A DNA stretch of 62,446 bases, counting the filler, from Sluysia triapertura (Eukaryota): the NCBI GenBank assembly GCA_046118255.1. It is 4 parts of 4 records of this genome, joined end to end, with 100 filler letters (N's around TTAATTAATTAA, not from the genome) between each part and the next. Parts side by side here need not be neighbours in the genome. Positions count along the whole stretch, not along the records: positions 50,291 to 62,446 come from JBJNIA010133733.1; 3 more parts are not named here. One strand, given 5' to 3'. Shown here piece by piece: positions 51,637-62,446 of this stretch. Numbering within the stretch: the stretch's first letter is position 1; each line of letters begins with the position of its first letter. The position numbers were made by a program, and so were the translations under genes. The notes under the pieces were generated by a model that worked only from the letters and a program-made list of their open reading frames with translations, did no database searches and was not told the origin of the DNA.

Positions 51637-52247
51637 TAGGGTATGACAGAAATATAACAACACTTAGTTTAATAATGAATTAACTTTAAAATTAAAATTT
51701 TTTAATAGCCAATAAAGTCACCATTCTACTTTAAGACTTCAATATGTCTTTTAGGCATTGAGCTAACTGGATTTTTCATATCCTCAAGGCTGAATTCTAC
51801 CCAAGCAGAAAGATGGGTGCTTTCAAATCCTTTACGTCGTCAAATTGGCGTCCATTCCGGACGCGTAAACCCCAGAGGTTTTGAATGGGGTTTAAGTCTT
51901 AGCTACAAGATGGCCAACTCAAAATCCGAATTTTGTTATCTTCAAACCATTTAGTTGTCTCCGCGGAGCAATGTATTGAACTATTGTCTTGTTGGACGAT
52001 CCGGTTTCTGCCTGCAATTTGACCTGCGGCGGGGATGAGGAAGTCATTGAGTGTTTGAATATACTTCTGTGAGTTTTGTTTACAGTCTAAGAACGCAATT
52101 TCTGTTTTTCCATTCAATCCAAAGGCTGCCCAGATCATCACCGAACCACCTCCAAATTAACGTTTTTTGAAGTACTCCGGTCTCTTCCTCCGGTCTCAAG
52201 TCATGCAAGTAAAACTGGCATCCACCGGAGCCATGAAGATTAAATTT
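51637..52247 (-). mobile_element. Tc3-like (DD34E) transposon, 3' portion
   Basis: VMIWAAFG, QQDNSSIH, WPSCS*DLNPIQNLWG; TIR TAGGGTATGACAGAAATATAACAACAC; closely similar to 59232-59800. Confidence 0.9.
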
Positions 52248-52319
52248 ATATATATAATTTTAACAATTATGTGTTGATAACAATTATGAAAAATAAAAAA
52301 TACTGATGAAGAATAAAAT

Positions 52320-52840
52320 CATGCAAAAAAATTCCAGATAACAAAATGAATTTATTAAATCATTAGAAAATACAAATCGGTCAGATATCGGTCACAATCG
52401 ATCACTTCCTTCCACCGTTCTGGCAGTTTGTCAATCCCACGTTTGAAGAAGCTTGGTGATTTTTGGTAGAAAAGTTCTTCAATCCACGTTGTTATTGCTT
52501 CTTCATTTCAAATATGAGACGACCAGAAAGATGTTTCGACATGGAAAGGAAAAGATGAAAATCTGTTTGGGTTAAGTCGGGCGAATACGGCGAATGAGGA
52601 AGAACTTCCCAGCCAACTTTGTCTTTGTGGCGACATAAGGGCAAGCATTGTCATGCTGTAAACGCAGCAAATCATTCTGGTGGCTTCTGCAGTGTTTAAA
52701 TGTTGATTAAAATAGAAAAGGAGTAGATGCCGGAAATGTTCATTTTTATCCACCTTACATTCCATTTTAATGAGGGTAATGAAAGTGAAAGTTAGTCTAA
52801 AATGATTTAAATAGATAATTCAGCTGAATGAAACAAGAAG
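52320..52840 (-). mobile_element. Internally deleted mariner (DD34D type)
   Basis: MECKVDKNEHFRHLLLFYFN...EATRMICCVY joined to GWEVLPHSPYSPDLTQTDFHLF...FFKRGIDKLPERWKEVI. Confidence 0.9.
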
Positions 52841-52924
52841 TTGGTGTGTTTTCTTAGAACGAACAAATTTTATATATGTATATTATTTTCAAGGTGCATT
52901 ATTATTAATTGTATTACTTTTCAG

Positions 52925-55900
52925 AATCATTTTCGATGTTTAATTTCGGAACTGAAACTTAACACCGAAGAATTCAAGCGATTGAAAGAGTTGATGGAAG
53001 ATTCTGAAACTTATGAAGCAATAAAACATTATCACGAAGAAAAACTAATTAATTTTAAGAACTTAAGTGACTGTGTGAGAAATTTGAGTGATTTTGATAT
53101 GTTAAAGACAAATTTAATTAGATCATGCGATATTTGTTGTGATAATTTTCCATCTAGCATGGTTTGTTTAATTATTTATGTGTTTTTCTATTTAAATTTT
53201 ACTTCTATTGATGTCCAACTTTGCATTTCAATGATTCTTAGGTCGTATTTGGGCAGGCGTAATAAGTACTATCAGTTTTTGATTTTAGTATCATTTTTCT
53301 ACTGGGTTGTGATCCAAATGAAGATATTCTTTGTACATTTTAAATAATAATTCTCTAAATAATGTTGAAAACGTCTTCAATTGATGCCATTGATGAAATA
53401 TAAGGACTGTTTTATTTTTCCATTAAATCTATCGATGATTCTCGAAAGCAACAAACAACCATCCAATCTAATTTGATGTTATAATTGGAGTCGAAATAGA
53501 TAAATTTTTCACAATTTTGGATGCCAACCGAACTCTTTCTCATTAACTTTATCGAATTTATTATCAGTGAATATCGATGTTCACATATCAAAAATCCAAT
53601 TTAATGGTTCATTTTAAAACAGGATAAATATGTTTTTTTGGTTTTCTTAATATTTGCTGATTATTGAATGTGTAAGATACGAAATATTATACATATACAT
53701 ATATATAAAATGCGAAATATTATGCAAAATGCGATATAGAATATAGCTGTGTTCTAAATCGCGAGAAGTGATAGATATTTTGTGAAAATTTTTATGATGA
53801 ATCGTACAGCTACCAGTATCACTTTGCAGGAGCAGTGAGGAGATTTGTAGACAATGGTTTGCGAGCGAGACGACCCAGAAGAAAGCCTAAGTTGATACTA
53901 GGGATGATCCGTAAAAGGTCGGCATGGGCTATGCAACACCAACATTTAACTGAGGATGACTGGAGTCAAGTGTGTTTTAGTGATGAGTCGTGCTTTCAAG
54001 TGAAACATCCAATAGGAGTAATGGCTATTTCTTGTCAAAACCCACTATCCGTGTTTCTTCTTGATCAAGCAATGTGCTATATCAACTTTTATAACATGTT
54101 TGATTATGTAAATATAATTGAAAAGTAACTCCCCATTTTAAAATATCTACAATTTAATTCATATGCCCTAATATGTTTATCAACTTTTGTGTATATCTTA
54201 CTTAATGTATGACAATTAATCTATGCTCTAGTTTTCTTTTTAGTGATATGTTTTAATTAATTAGTTTGAAATTTCAAAACCCTACAAAAATTGTTGGACG
54301 TATTACAGCATAGATTTCTTGTGAAATCAATTGATACGATTCCTGGTCGACTTGAGAAACTGGTGGTGAATGGTGGTGTCTATATTGAATTTTAAATAAA
54401 GTCCATGCAATATACTTTCTTCTCATATTTATTATATTTAAATTATAAACTACAGTTATTTTAAAATAGGTAGTCACATTGTATTAACCATTATTGAATT
54501 TGTCGGTAAATATTACAAACAAAAATTATCATTTTGTACACACACAGACACACAAATTTCCATTGGTTTATATTTTTAGGGTTGTTGGGTAGTCAATAAT
54601 ACATTGAATAATATTTTTGTTTCTTTAAAAGTTATAATTAAATCTTTGATTAGTCTTATTCGAAGATACATTATGTGGTTATTGAAAATTTGATTTATAC
54701 TAACATTTAATTTTGCTTTATTATAACCGTCAAAATTATCAATTACAATAATTGTATTACAATTAACAATCGAAAGTTTTATTTAAATTTTTAAAAATAA
54801 TTTAGACCTAATTATTTCATTCTGCATGTGATATGAGAAGGGTTCCATATTCCGTCAACTGAAAACAAAATATCATTATAATTATTATGAATTAAATAAA
54901 AAATAGCTATTACTTTAACATTTTCAATTCCATCATCACCTAGGATATGATAGGCATTAATTTTGAACTCAATATCTTTACAATTATTAACATTGTTGTA
55001 ACAGGATCTAACATAAAAGCTATTACCTCTGATTTTATGATCATAGACATTATTAGTATCGATTTTGTAAATATAGTATCTGTTATTATTTTATCATTTG
55101 AGTTTGAGATTGCAACCTCTATATTTGTGACACCTAATTTATAATATTCATGATGTTGGACAATTTTTACATTCAGAACATGGTCCTTGTGATCATAGAT
55201 GTCGTGATTATTGTATTTCTGTTTGCGATCATCGAGCATTACTTTTTTTATTGGTCTATTCTTTCTGTTTCTTCACTGGTTTGAGTTAGTTCTTCATCTA
55301 ATTTTACAGCATGACTTTCATAAACATGAAAAATATTATTTAAAGTTTCCATATGCCGAAGATGAAATGCATCAGCAAAAGCATGACCATTTGTTGTCGG
55401 TGTATTTTGATTATCACTACCTCCAGAATTTTCGGTTAGACTTTGACTAGAAACAAAGATTTCGGAGAAATTTTTCATAATTTTGTACTGCTTCAAAAAT
55501 CTCTTTTATATCGTTTGCAATGTTTGTTTGTTATTTCTTAACTCTTTCGTCTTTGCTTGCAACTTCGATAGTTGAGTTTAAAGTTGAGCAATGTGTTTCT
55601 GTAAAGAAATGGGTCGATAACTAACATCACGAATTGTGACGAGAACATTGCCATTTTCGATTCTGAATGAATTTTTATCAACACTTGGTGACAACTGATC
55701 AATAACTAACTTGACTACTTGATATGGTTCAAGTTGAAACAAAGACAATATTTGACAAACTCCATATTTATTTAGAGAAAGTCATTAGTTGTTGGTGGGA
55801 GTGGTGATTTAGGTAAATCTAAAATTTGCTCGTTTAAACTTGTTAACACATGGTATTAAAATCATTTAATAGACGTTTGAGATTCTTCAACAAAAAGAGA

Positions 55901-57461
55901 TTTTTTAAAATTAATAGAGAACTTTTATTTACTTTTTTGTTTTTTAACAAATTGTTATTTTTGGTTGATAAATTTTCGTATCACGATTGGCTGTCGAATC
56001 AAAAATGATTTTGAGAGTTTAAACACGACTACTGATTTGGTTGGACAGCCAATAATCTGTTATTTTATTTCATTAACTTTGAGTTGAATCAAACTGTGTC
56101 ATCAACACTGACACAGAATTGTAATTGTGAAGCAAAGTGTTATTGCTGATGATGGTAGTAACTCAGTTGATTTTGAGCTGCTTTAATTTAAATTAATTTA
56201 ATTATACAAAATGGTGATAATAANNNNNNNNNNNNNNNNNNNNNNNNNNNNNNNNNNNNNNNNNNNNNNNNNNNNNNNNNNNNNNNNNNNNNNNNNNNNN
56301 NNNNNNNNNNNNNNNNNNNNNNNNNNNNNNNNNNNNNNNNNNNNNNNNNNNNNNNNNNNNNNNNNNNNNNNNNNNNNNNNNNNNNNNNNNNNNNNNNNNN
56401 NNNNNNNNNNNNNNNNNNNNNNNNNNNNNNNNNNNNNNNNCTTATGTTGTACTAGGTAACTTTGCATGATGGATTCTAATTTTTTGACTGGGATAATGTT
56501 TTTTGGCTGAAATGTTATTAAGATATAAATAATTTTGAACTAAACATTTAGAATAATGTAAACGTTAAAGTGAGTGATGATGATGTTTGGCTATTAAGAT
56601 TAAATAATACAAGATGTATGTTTATGGTGTTTACATTTATTTTGAACGTATTTCTTGATTGATTACGAATGTGAATGTGATTGAATTGTTTAAGATGAAG
56701 GATAAAATACTATAGATAACTTTTTAATGTAATTTGATGATTTAGAATGTTATTGTGGTTTATATGTTGACACTGGATATAATTAACTTTAGCGGATGAA
56801 TTGTTTTGATGGATATAGAAGAGATATATATGATATAAAATGTTACGGGGTGTGGTTTTATGTACATTGTTTTGGTTTAGTTTGATATTTTTTATATTGA
56901 TTTTTGAATATAAATTGTAATTTTTGAGGGTGTATGTGATTTTGTAATATTGTGAAAAGGGATTTTTATAAAATTTGAAAGGTTTACCACCACAATATTT
57001 TCATTGAGATTCTTTAAAAACTTCACCTTAAGTAACTTCAAATTCCGACAAATTTGATTGGCTAATCTTCAGAGCCTTTCACAATAGCCAGTTTATAAAA
57101 AATAATTTGCACATTATATTTATGGAGTATGTTATATTTCATCTATTCTAAATTATTTCAGATGCGTACTCTTTTCATTTGCAGTCATGAATATTGTCGA
57201 AATTGTTTACGCAGCTCATTAATGGCGGATATTGAAACTAAAAGCCTATCTGATTTGGGATGCCCCATATGTTCTCAAACAGCAGGTAGTAACTATATAA
57301 TGTACTCGGCAATTAGGCAGTTTTTACAAACAGAATTAAATCAAATGAAAGATGAAAAAGATAGCGTTGAATTGAAAAGAATTCTAGAAATATACGATTC
57401 GAAACTGCTTGATGGATGTCTAAAATCTTCAGATAATTATCACAACTGTCCTTACGATGAT
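52925..57461 (+). CDS. RNF31: RBR E3 ubiquitin ligase, RNF31/HOIP-like, partial; exons 52925-53161 and 57162-57461
   Basis: Phase-0 splice gives RING1 CDICCDNFPSSM/MRTLFICSHEYCRNCL...IETKSLSDLGCPIC, then IYDSKLLDGCLKSSDNYHNC (IBR start), paralleling HOIP; orthology within the RBR family is less certain. Confidence 0.7.
53790..54075 (+). mobile_element. Tc1-like transposase remnant
   Basis: GLRARRPRRKPKL...RSAWAMQHQHLTEDDWSQVCFSDESCF. Confidence 0.85.
54272..54483 (+). mobile_element. Tc1/mariner transposase C-terminal remnant
   Basis: LVKSIDTIPGRLEKLVVNGGVYIEF*. Confidence 0.5.
54900..55853 (-). pseudogene. Degenerate ORF downstream of repeat family B
   Basis: Chain of broken ORFs (55248..55496, 54940..55239) starting near ATG 55852; unidentified. 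Confidence 0.3.
55855..56994 (-). repeat. LTR-like repeat family B, copy 1 (contains the N-gap)
   Basis: Minus strand starts TGTGGTGGTAAACC and is A/C-rich; aaaccacaataacattctaaatcatcaaattacattaaaaagtt matches about 60938-60980; inverted CCAAT boxes; aaatttatcaac motif before an ATG. Confidence 0.65.
56224..56440. other. Ordinary scaffold gap (217 N, no linker)
   Basis: Direct reading. Confidence 0.95.
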
Positions 57462-59231
57462 GTTAGTTTATTCAAATAATATATCAATTAATAAATCATT
57501 GCACATCTTTTTATTCTAACTCTGAAATTCGAACAAACTTCGTTCGACAAGATCGAGGAATTCAAGTGTGTGTATTAATTACTGAATTTAGTAAAATAAT
57601 TCTATCCAATGGAAGGATGGATAGAACAGTTTCATTGAATATTTTTTATTTGTTTCAACTACAACTACAATCGAGATCGATTTAGCCATGTTCCCGACAG
57701 ATTTAACTGTTTTACGCTATACTCGCGCATACAGTACAATGGACTGCACTGCTACAACTGCATGCAAGGGACAGAAGAACATTTGTAACTGTTTTCTAAG
57801 ATTAAAATACTAAATTATAAACTATTCGGCCGAGTTTATGACGGTCGAGTGAAATTAGGACAAAACTGCCAAACAGGTTAATTTCAATATTCGTGAATTG
57901 TTTTATTAAATTCATTAACAATACAGACTCGCATTCCTCAATCTTATCACAGTAATCCCACCGAATAATTGTTCGAATAATCGCCTAAATTGTACCTTTA
58001 AACATTTGTGATAATTGCATCCCTTTTTCAAAGTATGGAAAATTTGTCGAAACTTTTCCACCAAAAAATCAATGAAGTGAGTGCATTGGTGATGCAGATA
58101 AAGAATGACGAATTGCGTAATATTCTAGTAGCTTATTTGAAATTTCGCAAGGTTTTTTTGTGGAAATGTGTCATTGAATCAGATTTCAAAAGAAAGAATA
58201 GATTTAAGAATAGATTTTTAATTGACGCCTTCTGTGATTTAGCGTAGTTCTTGGAGCCAGCATTTCTAACACTAGTGAACTAATTGTAGAGTGAATAAGA
58301 ATCATTGATTATTGGGACAATAATCACTTTGGGACTATTTTTCCACAACTTACTAGTACTTTTGAATGAATAAAACCCCATTTTGGTAAAAAGTAATAAT
58401 TATTTTAGAAATTTCGAAAAGAATTCAATAAAAATGATTTTATTATTCATGTAAAATTCATTTTGATAAAAGATTATTATTCTCAATTTATTTTACAATT
58501 TCGTAGAAGGGTGAGAAAGTTAACTTATAATAAATAGAGATGAGAATATGTAAGGATATTGAGACGTGTTTTAAAATATTATTTGATTTCTAAAGTAAGT
58601 CAAATCACAAAGGAAGGAAATCATAGCTCACTCTTGCTCCACAATGTGATACCAATTAAAAATAGATGTTCACCAAACTTTTCGTTATCTCAGATCCAAT
58701 CAATAGATAAAATCACAGAGAAGCTTTCCAAAAAGGCGTCAGAGATTCAAATGGCTGGTTTCACAGATTCTAAAAACAATTCACAATTCTTCGAAGCAAA
58801 TCCCTATAATCAGCAGAAAATTTGCGATAATTTAATTGTGGAATATGATGAAGAAAATGTTTTCAGTATTTATAAGAGTTGCAATTTCACGTTGTAATTT
58901 TATTTTGTTTTTACTTTTATTTTCCAACTTATTTTTATCTTCCATTATCATATTGGTATGTGTGGGTATTTTATACTTAACGATTTTCCCTAACTTTGTA
59001 CTGGTATACAGCCATTTGTTATCAATTGTATAATTTATATTTGTATAATTTGTATCTTCCCTTCACAATTGTTGCAAATTGCACTTACTATTCCTATATC
59101 CAACTTTTCTTGATTAGTCTCCATGCAATAAACATAATACTGCCAGTTAATAGACTGTTTGTTCTAGCTGGAATTATATATTTACTTCTGCTCGTTTTGA
59201 TCGGCCATTCATCAGTCTTGCATGGTAATTT

Positions 59232-60384
59232 TAGGGTATGACAGAAATATAACAACACTTAGTTTAATAATGAATTACCTTTAAAATTAAAATTTTTTAC
59301 TAGCCAATAAAGTCATCATTCTTCTTTAAGACTTCAACAAGTCTTTTAGACATTGAGCTAACTAGATTTTTCGTATCCTCAAGGCTGATTTCTTCCCAAG
59401 CAGAAAGAATGGGTGCTTTCAAATCCTTTTCGTTGTCAAATTTGCGTCCATTCCGGTAAACCTTCCGAACGAGTAAACCCCAGAGGTTCTGAATGGGGTT
59501 TAAGTCAAGGCTACAAGATGGCGAACTCAAAACCCGAATTTGGTTAGTTGTCTCCGCGGAGCAATGGATTGAACAATTTGACCTGCGACGGCGTGATGAA
59601 GTCATTGAGTGTTTGAATATACTTCTGTGAGTTTAGTTTACAGTCTAAGAACGCAATTTCTGTTTTCCCATTCAATCCAAAGGCTGCTCAGATCATCACC
59701 GAATCATCTCCGAATTCACGTTTTTTTGAAGTACTCCGGACTCTTCCTCAAGTCACGCAAGTACAACTGGCATCAATATGGGCCATCAAAATTAAATTTT
59801 TTCTCGTCACTGAATATAATTTGATGCCATTTTAAAATCCATGATATATATAATTATTCCCAAGTGACCCGTACCGACTTGTGCGCTGCTGTAAGTTTTA
59901 GTTTGGGTTTCCTCTTTTCAGATCTTAAATGTTGGCAGTTTTTTACAACCTTTTGGACAGTTCTTATGGAACAAGGAGCTGATGGACTAATTTACTCTAT
60001 TTTGGTGATATATTTTTTCAGTGACGTCACGAAATATGCTCCTTTTGTCTCTCCATATCAACTTTTATTTCGCTATTTTCTTATTTTCTTGCTATAATTC
60101 TCGGGATCTTGCAGAAATCGACTGATTGTGCGTGCATCGTTGTTAATTCGACGTCCAATTTCTCTTATTCCCAAAATTTGTCCAATTTCAATAGGCAGTA
60201 ATTGTTTTCCCTTTGGCGTCTTTAAATAATTTTATTTGTCAAAATTTTTTAATTAAATACATAACTAACAAAAAATTATTTAAATAGAATATATTAAATA
60301 AAATTAATTATCTTTGATAGACTAAAATTGACTAATTAATGTATTAAACTTTAGAATGGTGTTGTTATAATTTTGTCACATATA
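59232..60384 (-). mobile_element. Near-full-length degenerate Tc3-like transposon
   Basis: TIRs TAGGGTATGACAGAAATATAACAACAC and GTGTTGTTATAATTTTGTCACATATA; PKGKQLLPIEIGQI...ISRFLQDPENYS, IIFSDEKKFNFDGP, DLNPIQNLWG. Confidence 0.92.
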
Positions 60385-60536
60385 AGAATCACATTCTATT
60401 TTTTAATCCAAATGCGGCGCAGTAATTAGGTATTTATTTTAATAATATTTTAATTGTTTTCATATGTGCTTCTAATAATAACATCAGAAATAAATATCAT
60501 TAATAATTAAAATAAAACAAAAAAACTACTGTTGTT

Positions 60537-62125
60537 TGTGCTGACCAACCCAGCAATTTGAAATTTTATCCCAATAAATACAACAAAATTACTAGCCAAA
60601 AATTTCATAATTCTTAATACTTCTAAACATAAACTTACAATACACTAAATTCACATTCAATACTGAAAATAATGGAAGATTAACTTTACAAATTAATTCG
60701 TAACAGTACAAACTTAATTCAATACACTTCACATAAAATCATGTACCATAACATTTCACCCATTTTTCTATCAAAGCCTTTTCCCACATTTTTTTTCTTC
60801 AGCGGCACTAGAACTATTCTCATTTTAATACGTTTTGAGTTATAAACTTATTACACCAAAATTTCATCGACATCTAAAACCATCACCTCACATTAAATTT
60901 TACTTAAAACATTTTAACCTTTAATTCATAACATTAGAACCACAATTACATTTAAAACCATCAATCTACAATTTAAAGTTTATTCAAAACAGCTCATTTC
61001 ACAAGCCCTCACCATTCAAACCACAATTTACATCTCAAATTATCAAATTTACATCTTAAAATCAATCCAAGATATTGTAAGTTTACAACCTTAACCCTCA
61101 ACATTTAATCTCTAACATCACTGAAACCATTGAACTAACACTTTGAAATCATTTTAGATGTTGTAATCAAAATAACATTCTCTCAACACTTCGTTCAAAC
61201 ACTTTCTTACCAGCCCTTTCTATAATTTACATCTTTCTTATTACTCAGTAAACTCTTTTCCAAATGAAATAAGAACTAAAACTAATATTGCAAAATTGAT
61301 CTAGAAAAATAGACCAACCGTTGCGTTGCTCTAAAGTTAAAAGAGACCTATAATATAAGAAATTTACAATGTAACAAAGATAAAGGAATATCATGATGAT
61401 TCTTTCTTTTAAAGAGATGTCAAATATGTCTAAATACAGCAATTTTTATTAAGTTAATTTTATGTTGAGAAATAATTTTTATTAGAAGTATTTTAATTTC
61501 AATCATTTTTTAAAAAATTTTAAGATGTTCAGAAAATAGTTAAAATTAAAAGAAAGATTATGTTATTGCCTATAAAAGAGTTTATGTTTTTAATTTAATA
61601 TTTTAATATTTCAATTCTGCATTTTGTAATTTTTGTATTATTAATCTCATCCATTTATTATTATTATTTTTCATCACCGTTATTTCTCATTACCAATATT
61701 GTTGATAATACTGTTTCGACCTGGTGCTGATTTTAATTCATTAACTGTCACCGATAGACAGAGTTATTAGCATTAACCTGACATTTCATGTTAACTGTCT
61801 ACCGATGACAGTTACTAAGTCGATTATTTCAGTTGAATGAGGATAGTTAATCATGCTTTACTGTCGTTTTATTGTGTACTAACACTTCTACTGGCTGACC
61901 AATTAAAATTTTTAGTACTTCTCATCAATGCCTGTTTTGATTGGTCGGCCAGTTACAGTGCACAGTTGCAGGTGCAGGTGCAGTTACAATTAGTAAGAAC
62001 GTAATTAACGTTAAAATTTAAAATATTTATGTAATACTGTTAATTTATTATATCTTAAAAAGTGATCACGTTGTCATAAATTTATCAACGCTTTCATAAA
62101 TTGTTCAAAATGAAATAATTAGTAG
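60537..62125 (+). repeat. LTR-like repeat family B, copy 2, with promoter-like region
   Basis: Starts TGTGCTGACCAACCC; nearly G-free A/C-rich strand; homology to 55855-56994; inverted CCAAT pair at 61891-61952. Confidence 0.62.
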
Positions 62126-62422
62126 ATGTCTGGTGATACTGACACAGAGTATTATGAAACAGGAGATAATTATTATTTTGACGATGATTATAAAACCGAT
62201 GAACCTAAAACAGATACGGAGTACTTACTTCATGAAGAACTACAAACTTCAAATGTGGAAATAATGTTAAATAAAGTTATACATGAATTGGCAAATAAAA
62301 TTGTTTCTTTTATTATCGCTAAAATGTTATTTATATCATATAATTCATCATTTGATAAAATTTGTCTAGATCAGGCCTTCTTAAACTATGGGTCGCGAGA
62401 GATTTTAATGTCAAATATTTAA
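62126..62422 (+). CDS. Acidic ORF start downstream of family B (possible element ORF)
   Basis: ATG directly after the shared aaatttatcaac...aattgtt motif; MSGDTDTEYYETGD...; no known domain. Confidence 0.3.
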   Translation: MSGDTDTEYYETGDNYYFDDDYKTDEPKTDTEYLLHEELQTSNVEIMLNKVIHELANKIVSFIIAKMLFISYNSSFDKICLDQAFLNYGSREILMSNI

Positions 62423-62446
62423 ATACACGATTTTATAACATCTAGT

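Noticed and set aside
56198-56467. ORFs spanning the N-gap
   Set aside because: Artefacts of translating Ns.
58008-58897. ORFs as further RBR exons
   Set aside because: No IBR or RING2 cysteine pattern and no convincing splice sites.
59170-59220. Hammerhead ribozyme (CTGATGA on the minus strand)
   Set aside because: No properly placed GAAA or stems; other CTGATGA sites inspected (e.g. about 986 and 42620) also fail.

Overview
Very AT-rich animal genomic DNA. It is spiralian and most likely a flatworm, inferred from 33-38-nt introns alongside multi-kb introns and a flatworm-like tropomyosin segment. The window is not continuous: four contigs are joined by artificial 100-nt linkers (44 N + TTAATTAATTAA + 44 N), and there is one ordinary N-gap. 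Apparently intact host genes are DNAJC9 and MRPS30/mL65, plus parts of an LRP/LDLR-type receptor, an RNF31/HOIP-like RBR ligase and a zinc-finger gene. Transposon debris is abundant: Tc3-like, mariner, DD41D, a plant-type DD39D/Stowaway end, piggyBac, hAT MITEs, an L2/CR1 LINE, a gypsy integrase piece, three A/C-skewed LTR-like repeat families and a tRNA-Ala-derived repeat. Most notable: (i) two copies of one LTR-like repeat are each followed by same-strand chains of fragments from unrelated host genes (Dbx + tropomyosin + others; GPD2 + calpain-5), suggesting an element-driven gene-capture or shuffling system; (ii) an intact 456-aa intronless ORF derived from ESCRT-III CHMP2, with a tandemly amplified C-terminal helix and a novel tail. 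All identifications come from manual translation and recalled motifs with no database search, and repeat boundaries are approximate.
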